From Fistulifera solaris (lineage: Eukaryota), in NCBI GenBank assembly GCA_030295235.1, contig AP026123.1, positions 186,001-250,000 of the forward strand: 64,000 nt of DNA, written 5' to 3'. Below the pieces are notes generated by a model. The model worked only from the letters and a program-made list of their open reading frames with translations. It was not told the DNA's origin and did no database searches. Positions 12,601 through 24,217 of this stretch are shown here, one piece after another (position 1 is the stretch's first letter; every line of letters begins with the position of its first letter). Both the position numbers and the translations under genes were made by a program.

Positions 12601-13076
12601 ATGTTCCGCAACACCATCTCTGTTTTCTTCCTGTCCTTTCTCATCTCCGTCGTGGCTACGATGGCATATGATCATGATGATTATGATGTCTGTTTCGACT
12701 GGAAGTCGTATGCCCAAGAATTCAAAAGGCTTACGCCAAATGGAAAGCACCTTCCTGCTACAGTTTCACCTTCCATGATTGGGCGGTCGAGTATGGTGAA
12801 GGCATTAAGCGTGTTATCAAAAACGGTGAGGCTTTGCGCAAGAAACCTTATCGCGCATTGCAAACAATCGACGACTTCTACAAGTTGATAAAAAAGGAAT
12901 GCTTCCAAGACTGCCCGCACCATGGAGCTTCTTTCTGTGACATCGAATATACCAAGGATAGGAAAAGCGGCTTGGTTTATCCTTCGCGAGTCTTCATCCG
13001 AAGAGATCCAGACAATTCTGATGATTATGACAGCTACTTTATTGAGGATCTATGCATCAACAAATGTGACAAATGA
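12601..13076 (+). CDS. Small secreted Cys-containing protein, DUF6174-like; apparent missing A at 12724-12727
   Basis: Signal peptide; adding one A gives AYAKWKAPSCYSFTF..KRVIKNGE..QTIDDFYKLI..EY..SGLVYPSRVFI..DDYDSYFI, joining ORFs 12601 and 12834. Confidence 0.65.
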
Positions 13077-13454
13077 AAAACGAAGGGATAACGCATTCAC
13101 CGTAGAAGTAGGGTCGATACACATTTTACAGATATTCAAAAGATTGTCTTGTCGTTAGCATTAGCGGTAGCATTAGTTTTCATCGGGAAATTCTCCGTAT
13201 TGACACGCGACACCACGCCCCTTTGATGTGCACTATCACTTTCGGACTCTTACGACAACATTTAAAATGGACATAGCTACAACTCCCGACCAATGTCAAC
13301 AAGTCACGATGCAATTACTACGATCTCATTGATCCAGTTACTACTATTGATGCCGTTGCTGGATTGAATTAGATTACCGTCTCGTTGCCGACTTTTTTGT
13401 TGTTCGCGTTTTTGAACCCTACAGTACAAGTACCAAGAAACTGCGTTAAACTTA

Positions 13455-13588
13455 GGAAAGGACGTTAAAATTCTGCCTCGCCGTAGGCGCTACGTAGAAA
13501 AATGTACAGAATTTTAACCTCCTTTCCAGCGTCGTCGTCTAATCTACGTAGAAGCTTGTACTAGAGGCAGAAGTTTAACGTCCGTTCC
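13455..13588. repeat. 25-bp inverted repeat element with an internal extra arm
   Basis: GGAAAGGACGTTAAAATTCTGCCTC (13455-13479) vs GAGGCAGAAGTTTAACGTCCGTTCC (13564-13588), 2 mismatches; partial third arm at 13507-13527. Confidence 0.75.
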
Positions 13589-13906
13589 AGTTACATCCCG
13601 ACCTTCAGCGAGATCTTATAACGTGTAAAAGTGGACTAGGCTAGTAAGAGAGTTCCTCCGTCATTAAGAAGTAGAGAAAGTAATACAATAAAAGACAAGT
13701 TTCAAAAGGAAAGGAAGAGCGGTAAAGGGGAGCAGAAAGCAGAAAGGTTCTTCCCCCGACAGGCACACACGGACACGCAGTCTCGCCCCATTATCATGAA
13801 TCTAAATTATCACTAGCTAGATTGTCACTTTGCTACCAATAACATCAGTACTGTGCATCGTTTGGATTCATCAAAACTGCATCATCGTGACAAAGAAAGA
13901 AGCATC

Positions 13907-15823
13907 ATGTTAATGAATGGTTTACTCGACAGTATCGCGGCTCGTTTTTCCAAAGGAGAGGAAGAAAATGCCCTCGAATGTCTCTTATCGGCCATGGCGG
14001 CGCATCGAATCACTCAACAATCCTCATTTCTTTGTCACGAAGAACTACTGATACATGAACTACAGTCATCACTTGTTGATTTTACTATTACTTCAAAAGA
14101 CTGTTTGCTCGATAAGGAACTAGTGACCGCCTTGCAACACGCCGCTCAACACATTCTACCTTCATTGACTCCATTCCAATTGCACACCACCGTTCAACAA
14201 GCCATCGTTTGGGGAGAAATAAGCGATAATTCTGTCGAAGATAAAGACGGTGATACCACAACGGTCTTTACTTTCATTCGTCTGATACTCTGCTGTCATG
14301 CTCTTCAGCAATGTCCCGAAATGATTGTTAAACGACGAGAACGGTGGAGGAGCCTCTTGTGGGAGACACTCCATGTGTTTCAATTGTATTCCGGAAGCCA
14401 GTCATCTCAGATTCAAGGAGGTCGATCAGTATTTTTGTTTCTGTATCTGTGGATTAATGTTCTCGCGCCAGTGTTGACGCGTGTTTACGATGCATTGGAT
14501 AAAGGTATCGATCAAGCAAACTCGGTTGATCCGCGAGAAGTACGATTTCGCGTCGCTTGGGTGGCGGCAATGGTTGCCACCACTTCCCATTTGTTAAATC
14601 AATTCACTACGCGGCATATCTACCATAATCAGGACACCGATCCGAGTATTGCAACTATTTCAGAAAAATTGCTCAACCTGATGCGAGAACAAGTGATAGT
14701 GAAGACGGCAATATCGCAGGAATCGTTGCTGTGCTTTCATCCTGGGAGAGCAAATATTTCTTCACGGAAAATATTAACTTGTACAGAACCGTCATTTGAG
14801 GCGCTTCTCGCTGCGTATACGGTCATTAAAGACGACAGTGGTGATGATGACGATGACGGCGCTGTCGAACGAGATGTAGTTACAAAAGTGCGAGAAGAAA
14901 TGTGCTTCGTGGATAGCGAATGGAACCGCACCGGAATAGCGTTGCTGGTTGCGTCTTATTGGTGCATGAAGCCGCAAGTTTGGAGTCGGGAATATCAGTG
15001 GCGACTCTTTTTTCCTCATATTTCGTCACTCCTGCTGGTGCACGATGATGGGCAGATGGACCAAGATAGCAAGGGCACTACTAGAGGGCGGATGGCTTAC
15101 AGCGAGCAGGTACAACAAGTCGGTTTTGAGTTGTTGAGTTCTCTGATTCACGTTGCAACGAGAGCTTCCTTGAAAATGTCAAATACAGCCTTTGACAAGC
15201 CCGTTTCGCCTCTAGGATTGTTTCAATTATTGTCGAATCGAGTAGTAGCTAGCAGCTTGTCGAAAAGATCAGATACATTGCCATCTGCAGGACAAACGTA
15301 CCAGCTCATGAAAGATCTTTTGTCGGTGTATACACCTCAGACGCAGTATCAACTTGTCAAAAATTTGGTGCAGACATGTCCGCATCCAGGGATGAAGCCG
15401 AAGTTACTCGATCTCTGGAGAGGCTTTATTTCATGGCAGGACCAATCCGCTGTTCAATTGCTTCTTTCGTATCTTCAACATCAATATATTGAACGCCTCG
15501 CGCGTGACTATGTGGATCATTCCCATTCAAAACAGATGATCATTAATATCGAAGATCTGATTTCCTCTGCCGAGCTGCATGTGGCGGCGTTGGGCTTGAT
15601 TCAAATTTGGTTGAAAATGAGTCATTTAGAAGATCCTGCCACTTTAAATTTTTCTTTACCGTCACTAATTCAGATAAAGGGTTCTCTGGAAGCCACCTTT
15701 AAGAGTTGGACACTGGAGACTCCCGGACAACGACAAGACCCTCCTGCAGAAAGCTTTCGGCTTTATTTACTCCACGACGCCGTTTGCTTAGCTATCGAAT
15801 TGCTATCAGAGAAGGACATTTGA
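13907..15823 (+). CDS. Helical hypothetical protein, possibly glomulin/ALF4/YAP-binding-like at the C-terminus
   Basis: Long intact ORF; QYQLVKNLVQTCPHPGMKPKLLDLWR resembles the conserved glomulin/ALF4 segment (family call tentative). Confidence 0.7.
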   Translation: MLMNGLLDSIAARFSKGEEENALECLLSAMAAHRITQQSSFLCHEELLIHELQSSLVDFTITSKDCLLDKELVTALQHAAQHILPSLTPFQLHTTVQQAIVWGEISDNSVEDKDGDTTTVFTFIRLILCCHALQQCPEMIVKRRERWRSLLWETLHVFQLYSGSQSSQIQGGRSVFLFLYLWINVLAPVLTRVYDALDKGIDQANSVDPREVRFRVAWVAAMVATTSHLLNQFTTRHIYHNQDTDPSIATISEKLLNLMREQVIVKTAISQESLLCFHPGRANISSRKILTCTEPSFEALLAAYTVIKDDSGDDDDDGAVERDVVTKVREEMCFVDSEWNRTGIALLVASYWCMKPQVWSREYQWRLFFPHISSLLLVHDDGQMDQDSKGTTRGRMAYSEQVQQVGFELLSSLIHVATRASLKMSNTAFDKPVSPLGLFQLLSNRVVASSLSKRSDTLPSAGQTYQLMKDLLSVYTPQTQYQLVKNLVQTCPHPGMKPKLLDLWRGFISWQDQSAVQLLLSYLQHQYIERLARDYVDHSHSKQMIINIEDLISSAELHVAALGLIQIWLKMSHLEDPATLNFSLPSLIQIKGSLEATFKSWTLETPGQRQDPPAESFRLYLLHDAVCLAIELLSEKDI

Positions 15824-15871
15824 CGATTTTTGTACACATAAAAATACTTCTCCGTATAGATTACTTATGTT

Positions 15872-17281
15872 TCAAACTTCCATCTTTTCTCTTGCATGAG
15901 ACGCAACGATAGACGATGCCATCGAATGTTCGAGGGAACGTTGATCCAGGGCATAGTGGTTGAGCTTGGATAAAGCATCTGCTAAGACCGAACCGTCGGA
16001 TGATGACGTTCCTGTCGAAAACCCCGAAGAAGATGCCGATGACGAAGCTAAGGACACATGAGACGACGGAGAGTTGTTCGGAGATGATGCGACCGAAGGG
16101 GAAACTGTTGTCTCAACCGTCACGGCGCGTGCAACGCGGTCCTCTTCATCAACACAAAGATCAGACACCGGACTTGACTCTACCCGCTGGTCTGTTGTAA
16201 CGACACGAATTGTTTTCATCCACTCGGTTACCGCGGAAGCAGCGTTCGACTTGCTATCGATCGAAGAAGAACTCATGTCGACGTTGAACAAGTCCACGCT
16301 ATCATCGCTTTTATCTTCAAAGACGAACTCTTCCACAGAATTATCTTCGTCGTCTGCTTTAATGAATGCAGCCGTCGATTTGGTGATATTCCGACGTATA
16401 TGTGACAAAGTGCGTTGGGGCTGAGACCATTTCGTCGTGTAATTCTCCGATAAGAAACGCCGATACGGGGAAAGACAGTGCTCGGGGACAGCGGTAGAAA
16501 ACGGCGACTCAGTAATACTAGAGATCCGCCCAATTGATTCTAGATGACTTTCATTCTCCTGGGTGTTGGCCCCGGGGTTCCTAGCATTCGTTGAAGCACT
16601 AGGTGCGTCGTGATGACGCCGGTTGAATAGGACCAAGCGCTGAATCTCAATGTAGCCCCGGTCCTTGTGATGCTGGATCAGCATGCAGACTATTCCCAGC
16701 AAAATAGTACCACTGGTGCACATTAAGATGATGTCAAGCGTTGAAATGAGAGGATCCGTCGGAGTATCGGATTCAACCTGATCCGAAGTAACGTTGGAAA
16801 TAGAAGCCATTGGGCGCACCAACACGGTCGACACCGAGCCCAAGACGGGATCGGAGTTGATGAGAAACAAAAAATGCCCAAGAGATCTATTTTGAGCAAA
16901 ACTGAATTCTAACAGTTGACCTAATTGTCCTTGTAGCTGATCGTCGGTACGGTTTAAGAAGGTAACACCGGTAATGAGAAACTGAACACGAGTCGATCCG
17001 GATTCCGAGTTATTCGCTGATTTCAATGTGAGGTGTACAATGTCTTGTATCATAACCTCATTGTCATAAAAGTCTTGTGCTCCCTCTTTAGACTGTTGCA
17101 ACGTCAAAGTGTTGACAATAGCATCTTCGAAAGAGTGAAGAGCTTGCTTGTTCATCTCACCGCGCACCGGTCGCAAAAGCATGCGGTGCGGCAATGAAGA
17201 AATGAATCGTTCTTCTGCTTGAACACTCAGATGAAGACGAATGCTCGCAAAAGCAAGCCAGAATAGATGAGTGATCCTCAT
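15872..17281 (-). CDS. Type I single-pass membrane protein, hypothetical
   Basis: Signal peptide MRITHLFWLAFASIRLHLSVQA, TM helix IILMCTSGTILLGIVCMLI, Ser-rich cytosolic tail. Confidence 0.8.
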   Translation of the reverse strand: MRITHLFWLAFASIRLHLSVQAEERFISSLPHRMLLRPVRGEMNKQALHSFEDAIVNTLTLQQSKEGAQDFYDNEVMIQDIVHLTLKSANNSESGSTRVQFLITGVTFLNRTDDQLQGQLGQLLEFSFAQNRSLGHFLFLINSDPVLGSVSTVLVRPMASISNVTSDQVESDTPTDPLISTLDIILMCTSGTILLGIVCMLIQHHKDRGYIEIQRLVLFNRRHHDAPSASTNARNPGANTQENESHLESIGRISSITESPFSTAVPEHCLSPYRRFLSENYTTKWSQPQRTLSHIRRNITKSTAAFIKADDEDNSVEEFVFEDKSDDSVDLFNVDMSSSSIDSKSNAASAVTEWMKTIRVVTTDQRVESSPVSDLCVDEEDRVARAVTVETTVSPSVASSPNNSPSSHVSLASSSASSSGFSTGTSSSDGSVLADALSKLNHYALDQRSLEHSMASSIVASHAREKMEV

Positions 17282-17667
17282 GGTCGACAAGATTATTTGT
17301 TATCTATATCCATTTTCTCCGCCAAAAGCGGACGAGTGCTTGTCGGTCGACCATCGCATTGCTCAATACCAGTAACTATACTCAAGCTTGAGTTTAAAAG
17401 GTTAAGAATGCAAGCACATGAATGCTATCATCGTGGAAACTCCTTTCAACGATTTTTGTGCGCTTTAGATTTTCGTCGCAATGCGCGCAATAATGCTCAA
17501 TGCTGCATAATCAAGTCAAGCGCAATCGAGTCACGAACGGACGAGATCAGCCTAGAAGTGGAAGGCGGAAATGGAAAAGTTAGGCTGCATTTATGATACT
17601 ACTTCTGCGTCTTTCTACGCCTCGCTATAGTCAACAGATAAACGAGTTCGATTGGAATTAAGCTTTG

Positions 17668-18402
17668 AACAGTAGCAAGATACAGCGCTACAATGTCTAC
17701 GCGAATTTCGTGTAGCCGCCGTAGGAAATTTATCTCTGCAGGGGTACCCGGATATTGTGTATTTCGCCGTCGTCCATTCATTGGATCTGCAGCACTCAAA
17801 TGTCAATGTTACCTCGTCCATTGTATTTAAATGCATATCATTTCACAATAAGCGACATCGATTTAAAGACAAAGCGTTGAAGGAACGAATGATGCAACGC
17901 TTTGAAAGTTGACGTAGATTCCACGTAGCTTCTCGTAGGGAAATTTATCGACAGAGGGGTGACCCGGATATCGGGCAATTTCGATCACAACACTTATCGT
18001 GCGTCTTTTGGACACCAATGTCAACAAAATCATGCCTAACATCGCTTCCGTATGCATCAAGTATTAATCGACATTCGTTTGACCTGAAAACAAAAAACAG
18101 TAGATAGATACAGCGCTTTCAATGTCTACGCGAATTTCGTGTAGCCGCCGTAGGAAATTTATCTCTGCAGGGGTACCCGGATATTGTGTATTTCGCCGTC
18201 GTCCATTCATTGGATCTGCAGCACTCAAATGTCAATGTTACCTCGCCCATTGTATTTAAATGCATATCATTTCACAATAAGCGACATCGATTTAAAGACA
18301 AAGCGTTGAAGGAACGAATGATGCAACGCTTTGAAAGTTGACGTAGATTCCACGTAGCTTCTCGTAGGAAATTTATCGACAGAGGGGTGACCCGGATATT
18401 GT
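17668..18402 (+). repeat. Tandem 428-bp repeat (~1.7 units) built from two ~214-bp subunits
   Basis: 17668-17970 nearly identical to 18096-18400; core GTAGG(G)AAATTTATC..CAG(A)GGGGT(G)ACCCGGATAT occurs 4 times ~214 bp apart. Confidence 0.93.
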
Positions 18403-18592
18403 GACATTCGTTTTCTTTCGTGACAACGGACAGATGCCCACAATTTATCTTCCTACTTCCTACTCGGGGGGTAGCTTTTAGTAAAGCGGTAAGGCGTTTA
18501 TCGACCGCAACCCAACAACAAAACAAAAGTCTTCGTTTGCAACAAGCAAAGTCTTCGTCTTTTACTTTCCATTTGCAAATAAAACTTATAAG

Positions 18593-19126
18593 ATGGCGGA
18601 AACAAAAGCAAACCCAATGCGAGACATCAAAGTTGATAAGATGGTTATCAACTGCTGCGTCGGTGAATCGGGTGATCGATTGACCCGCGCCGCTCGTGTG
18701 TTGGAACAGCTCACGGGTCAGCAGCCCGTCTTCTCCAAGGCCCGTTACACCCTGCGATCTTTCGGTATCCGTCGTAACGAGAAGATCGCTGTGCATGTAA
18801 CAGTCCGCGGTGAGAAGGCTCTCGAAATTTTGGAGCGTGGTCTGAAGGTCAAGGAGTACGAGTTGCTCGACAAGAATTTCTCCGAGACGGGAAACTTTGG
18901 CTTTGGAATCAATGAGCACATCGATTTGGGTATCAAATACGATCCCACAACAGGTATTTACGGAATGGACTTCTTCGTGTGCCTGAACCGACCCGGAACT
19001 CGCGTTTCGCGACGCAAGATCCAACAAACGCGCATGGGCAAGAATCACAAGATTACCAAGCAAGATGCCATCAAATGGTTCCAAGATAAGTTTGAGGGTG
19101 TCGTTCTTGCGAACGCCGCAGCTTAA
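18593..19126 (+). CDS. RPL11: 60S ribosomal protein L11 (uL5)
   Basis: [47 protein letters not shown]. Confidence 0.99.
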   Translation: MAETKANPMRDIKVDKMVINCCVGESGDRLTRAARVLEQLTGQQPVFSKARYTLRSFGIRRNEKIAVHVTVRGEKALEILERGLKVKEYELLDKNFSETGNFGFGINEHIDLGIKYDPTTGIYGMDFFVCLNRPGTRVSRRKIQQTRMGKNHKITKQDAIKWFQDKFEGVVLANAAA

Positions 19127-19473
19127 AGTAAATTAATATAGTTGAATCATTTGCTGAGGTCACGATAGGTGTCGTTGTAGCCCCTGTCTTTAGTTGCTTG
19201 TAGCTGTAGCCTACCTGGTAGCAATATCTTCCATCCTCTAGTACAGTACCAACGCTCTTAAGCGCAACTAGAGCAACAGCAACAAATTTATAAACGCAGG
19301 ACAGGTTGCGAAGATGAGATGCTGACCAGTGACCAGGCAAGCATTAGCATCGCTTTGTTCCTTCGAACGGAAATCGGTTTATCCCTAATATTCAACTAAA
19401 ATCGGATTCGATATCCCTTGTGTAAAACCCAAATCTAAGGTATCTAATTGTTATGAAAACCTTAATGCCATGG

Positions 19474-19557
19474 GCTAGTTTGTTCGAGTGGTCTAAGAAG
19501 GCAGATTTAAGACCTGTTCCTCATTAGAGGGCGTGGGTTCGAACCCCACAGCTAGCA
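19474..19557 (+). tRNA. tRNA-Leu (anticodon TAA)
   Basis: Acceptor GCTAGTT/AGCTAGC+A, D arm TTCGAGTGGTCTAAGAA, anticodon loop TTTAAGA (one stem mismatch), long variable arm CCTC-ATTA-GAGG, T arm GTGGGTTCGAACCCCAC, followed by TTTT. Confidence 0.92.
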
Positions 19558-19608
19558 TTTTGCTGAATGGGCTCATTAGGGTCAATCTCGCGTTCCGAAT
19601 TCGAGGCA

Positions 19609-20814
19609 TTAAGGATTACTGCCGTGACTGATATTTGTTTTAGTCCCCAGTAGTGCAACAATGCCATCGCAACAACCGCATTTTTTGGTTGTTGTTGCTC
19701 GGATCAGCCATGTGATGAACTTGGGTGACTTCCTTATGGGCATTAGTAGCGCAGAAATCCATGCGACGCCGCTCCTTTTTGTTCTTGCAGTACTCGAACA
19801 TGATTTCCAGCCTCTTGGTAGACTCTCGCAGACTCGATTCATACCTGGAACAAATGTATGAGCGTCATTCTTGAGCGTTGCAATTGACATGTTTCAGCAC
19901 AAATCGGCACTTACCCGGTGTCCGGTTCATTAGCAGCATATTCTCTCGTTGCGTTACCCATTCCAGAAGATCCACACGATTGTCCCACCGTCGCCCCTTG
20001 TGATGCACGACGTGATTGACACTAGGTCGAGCTCCGAAATGAGACACAGCAACCAACCCAGCCACTGAGCATTTGTACCTGGTACCGTTGCAATCTTCAT
20101 CCGAAAGATTGACAAAGCGATAGTTGTCAGGGTCTGGCGCTGACAAGAGTAACTTATAAGAGCGCACCATCCAGCTGTCTACACGTGTCCCACCAGACTT
20201 CCACGATCGGTGACCAATCACTTCACCCGTTCCCTTGTTCAGATATTCTGTTGCCTTCTCTGTCGACACCCATCGGCGGTGACAAGCAACGACGAAGCCG
20301 GCCAGGTTCACATAATACACCACAGGGAGCAGAGGCAACCAATTGTTCGCCACATACACTCGCGTTCTCTTTTCCTTGTCGCCAAATCGCCCCTTCTTTT
20401 GTCCTTCCCAAACTGGGGTGAAGTCAGGGTTCTGTGCAACACGAAGACATTGCTCAAGGGTCAAAGTAGTTTTCTTCGTCCTTAGAGCGGCTTGAATGAA
20501 GCGTGGGACTTTGACCAAGGAGCTATCCCTGAACAATGAATTGACAATCGCAAGTTGCATGTAATACTCTTTGCCTTCGTCATCGGCATGAAAGCGGAAC
20601 CTTCCATGGTTGCCGTCCGGATCAATTCCCAAAATTCAGCCATCCCAACTTCATCCATGTACTGCGGAGGAGGGCAATTGTCGAAGCGGATACCCTTTGG
20701 ACGGGTCAAAGGATCAGCTGAAGGGTCGAACGTTCTTGCGTCTTGATAGGGCATCGAGGCCCATGGCAGCGGTGCCGTTTCTAGGGAATCAACGACTACC
20801 CTTTTGAATCTCAT
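19609..20814 (-). CDS. NUMOD4-like + HNH (HNH_3-type) endonuclease; apparent missing base at 20631-20634; probable intron 19845-19914
   Basis: WLPLLPVVYYVNLAGFV is NUMOD4-like; YRFVNL..SVAGLVAVSHFG..HVVHHKGRRWDNRVDLLEWVTQREN is the HNH motif; GTAAGT..TTCCAG splice is in frame with ORF 19609-19890. Confidence 0.75.
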
Positions 20815-21934
20815 CGTATTGATGATCGCCGGCGATGCGTTTTCAACAAACAAGTGAAATAATGAACGAGTTGACACGGACTCATGCGGGGTACAGTTCT
20901 TATTCTTCGATACTGTTGGAACTGGGAGACGACCCCCACGGGTCTAAAACACCGATTAAATGTGTTATTTGTCATCTTGCTTCAACTACAAGCAGTGTGA
21001 TGTATGATGTGTGATCGATGATAAACACGGAGGCGACTTGTTGTCGCCGGAAGCCGCAATTCAAGTCATTTTATAAAATCAACTCGCAAAACTCCTCCTC
21101 GCCCCACACTATCATCCAAAGAGAGAATCATCTGTGTTAATTAGTTTCCAAAAACGAAGGTCATTGACAAGATTTCTTTTTTTTTTTGGTGTTGACGTTT
21201 GGCTCCTCGAAGTGTTGAATGTGAACGAAAAAATGATTTCACAGTTGGCGGTTGGCGGTTGGCGGTCATCGTCATTCATCATTACTCCTCGTTCGGTTTT
21301 CGTTCGTTAAATGTGGTTTGTATTTGCTTGTCATTCCATTGAAAATTATTGTACAGAGTATTGAACTCGGTACCCATTCTACTCTGTCGTAGAAAGTAGA
21401 AGGCAGCAAGAATCATCATCAAAAGATCACGAATACCCGTTAGTGAATTACGGTAAAATCAAACTAAATTTTAATTATCGATTATCGACGATCACTTCTC
21501 TCTTTAAAAACAGCTAAATCCATCTAGTTCATCAGCTCGATCACCAAACATCCCAAACAATACCTTACTTCCTCAAATCGGCTGCGTGTAAATAGTCTGA
21601 AAAAGACAATACCTACTTCTTGGTAAGACGTTGGGAAACACCAATACTAGAGCAAAGCATTTGTCTTTGACAAACGTCTGAAATGCGAGGAAAGTAGGAA
21701 TGATCCAAACACACAAGACGGTTTTTAAAGCTCCACGGGTGCGGCAAGAAAAGTGAGCCTAAGCAATGCTGGTTTGATTCGAATATAATAGTGGACGCAC
21801 GATATGGCGTTTTTCCTACCTCGGGCTCTCGTTCTCTTGCGTGTAGATCTTTTCGCGGACTCGACGTTAATTGGCAAAGATAATCATAAATTTTAATAAT
21901 TATAATGCAAAAAAAACATTTCTTCTAACAAGGT

Positions 21935-23781
21935 TTACTTCTTAAATCGGTTGCGAATAAATCTGGAAACTCTTGCACGAGTGTTTGCAAAGCCACTTCC
22001 AGTCTGCTTTACCACTTTCGAACCCGTCTCCTTGACACGAGTTCCGGTTAGTTGTACGGATGCGCCAAGTTGCCGCCGGTAGCTTCCTTTGTAGCGCGCC
22101 AACTCTTCTTCTTTCTGACGTAGCTCATTTTCGAGGCTTGCCACCTTTCCCCTCAAACTAATGATCTCATCACCTTGCTGGGCGACTATTAACCTATAGC
22201 GTGCTTCTGACGCTGTTCTTTCTTTCTCTAACTCCTCTTTCTGCTTGGTCACGTCCCTTAATAACGACTGAAGCTGTACGCTGTTCTCTTTCGCTGCTTG
22301 CAACTCTGATTGCAGCTTCGTATTGCTGTTTCGTACTTCGTCGAGCTGCCTGTCGTATTTCTTCTTTAGCGTCGTTCTCTGCTCGCGGGATTCGCGCAGA
22401 GCTCCTTGCCATAAAGCCGTGAGCTCTGCACGAATGCTATCGTATCGCTTCTTCATTTGCTCTGTCTTTAATTTCCTTATTCGTTGCTCTTCCTTGAGCT
22501 CAAACTCTAATCTCCCCCTTCTCCGATTGAAAATCCAACCGTTCCTCCCGTAGTTGACTCTCCACCACTCGAATCTTGGCTTGCTCTTCCGCGATCTGAG
22601 CTTCTAGTTCTGCTTTCTCCTCTTCAAACTGCTTCAATTCCCGGGCCAATCGATCGGTCAGCATTTTGACTTTGATTTGTTCTTCTAGGAGCTTGTCCTT
22701 CAAATCTGCTTCTGTTTTCTGATACAGCTTTTCTGCTTCTTTCAAATACTTTTCCACCTGTTCTAAGCGTGCTTTGGTTTCGCCTATTTCATCTTGCATT
22801 TCCTTCGTCACTTCCTTGGTCGCTTCGCGTTCTCGATCCAACGCCCGCTGCGACTCTTCCAAGGCAGCACGCTGATCTTCCAACCGGGTCCTCAAGGATT
22901 CGCGTTCCTTGTTATACGCTTCCTGCGTCTTTTTTAACTCTTTTTCCGCAGCTTCTACCAGTAATTCCTGCTGCTTCAATTGTTGTTCAACCTTGAGTCG
23001 ATCGTCCATGAATTTGTTTTTCTCGGCATCCCACTGCGATTGAATTTCGGAAAGGCGTTTCTTCTCCCGATCGACCGTTTTTTGTAATTCGTCTTTTTCT
23101 TTTTGAAATTCCATCTGCTGGAACTCCAGTGTGTCTTCGACCGATAACAATCGCTCTCGCAGCTCTTCGGCGCGGTTCTTTTCCGATTTGAGTTGATTTT
23201 TGCAATGCCGGCAGCTGTCCCTGAAGAATCGAAACTTCGCGTTCCAATTTCTCCTGCTGCTCGGATTGTTCGGCCAGAATCTCGTCTTTGTCTTGCAGTT
23301 GATTCAAATACTGTTCCAGTTTCTCGCGTATCGTCATCCGCTCTTTCGCCGCTTGCTGCTGTCCTTGTTGCAATGCCGCTTCTTTCGTGGCCAATTCGCG
23401 CCTTAAACGAATCAACTCGCTTTCTAATGTTTCGACTCCAACATTGACTTTTTCCGATTCTTCCAGTAATTCTTCGTAACGAAACGCCGGAGGCGGTGTA
23501 TCCGGAGGTTTGGGGGCAAACTTGAACAGAGTCGCGAGAGGATTGTCGTTCTGGTCGGGTTGACCCGGTGGGGGAACGGGCGTCATACTTCCATTAATTT
23601 CCGACTCCTCTTCTACAACACTCGCTTCTTCTGCTTCTTCTGTCGCAAATAGAAAGGGGTATTGACGATGAAAGGCACGATGGCTAGAAGACGGTAGAAA
23701 CGCAAGGCATACACGGTTTGGGAGGAGGAGGGCCAGCAATACCCATTTTATGAGCAAAAGCTTGTCTTTGCGCAACGCCAT
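21935..23781 (-). CDS. Long coiled-coil protein with bipartite plastid-type leader; homopolymer frameshifts at ~23197-23201 and ~22514-22518
   Basis: Signal peptide ending VCLA-FLPS; three consecutive E/K/Q/L-rich ORFs join after single-base corrections. Confidence 0.8.
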
Positions 23782-24217
23782 TGCTTCGTTTCGTCGTTAG
23801 TTGTGGTCACGGGCTATCGGATTGTGTATTAGGTTGTATAGATAAATAATAAATGGCGTCCGTAACAGAATGCTTTTGAAATGCAACAACGGAGCGCGTA
23901 TCATCATCATGTTGAACGTTTGTCGCGTGACTGGTTCATCGTTGGTGGGAGGTTGAATCGCGAGTGAGTTGCAGTCGCGTTCAAGCGGGACCCATTGAAT
24001 ATAATTTCTGTCCATCCGCGATCCGACCCGTGGAAGACGGAAGACACCACGCAAAAGACGCCAAAGAAATTTTTTCCGAAATCCATTTTCAAAGTTGCTG
24101 CAACAACTTGCAACTTGCAACCTGCAACAACCATAACCACGTTAACAACTTTGAAAGAAGAACCTTAACGTGTCATCGGAAATAGATTTGCCTTTTCGAG
24201 TTCGCTCAACAACAATC

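Noticed and set aside
17668..18402. CRISPR-like array (conserved core with long spacers)
   Set aside because: Spacers are ~180 bp and themselves repeat; there are no cas genes and the context is eukaryotic
18272..19084. 270-aa antisense ORF
   Set aside because: Shadow of RPL11 on the opposite strand; the same applies to the many antisense ORFs inside other genes
19573..19600. Partial tRNA duplication (att-like site) CTCATTAGGG downstream of the tRNA
   Set aside because: Only an ~8-bp match to the variable arm; too short to distinguish from chance
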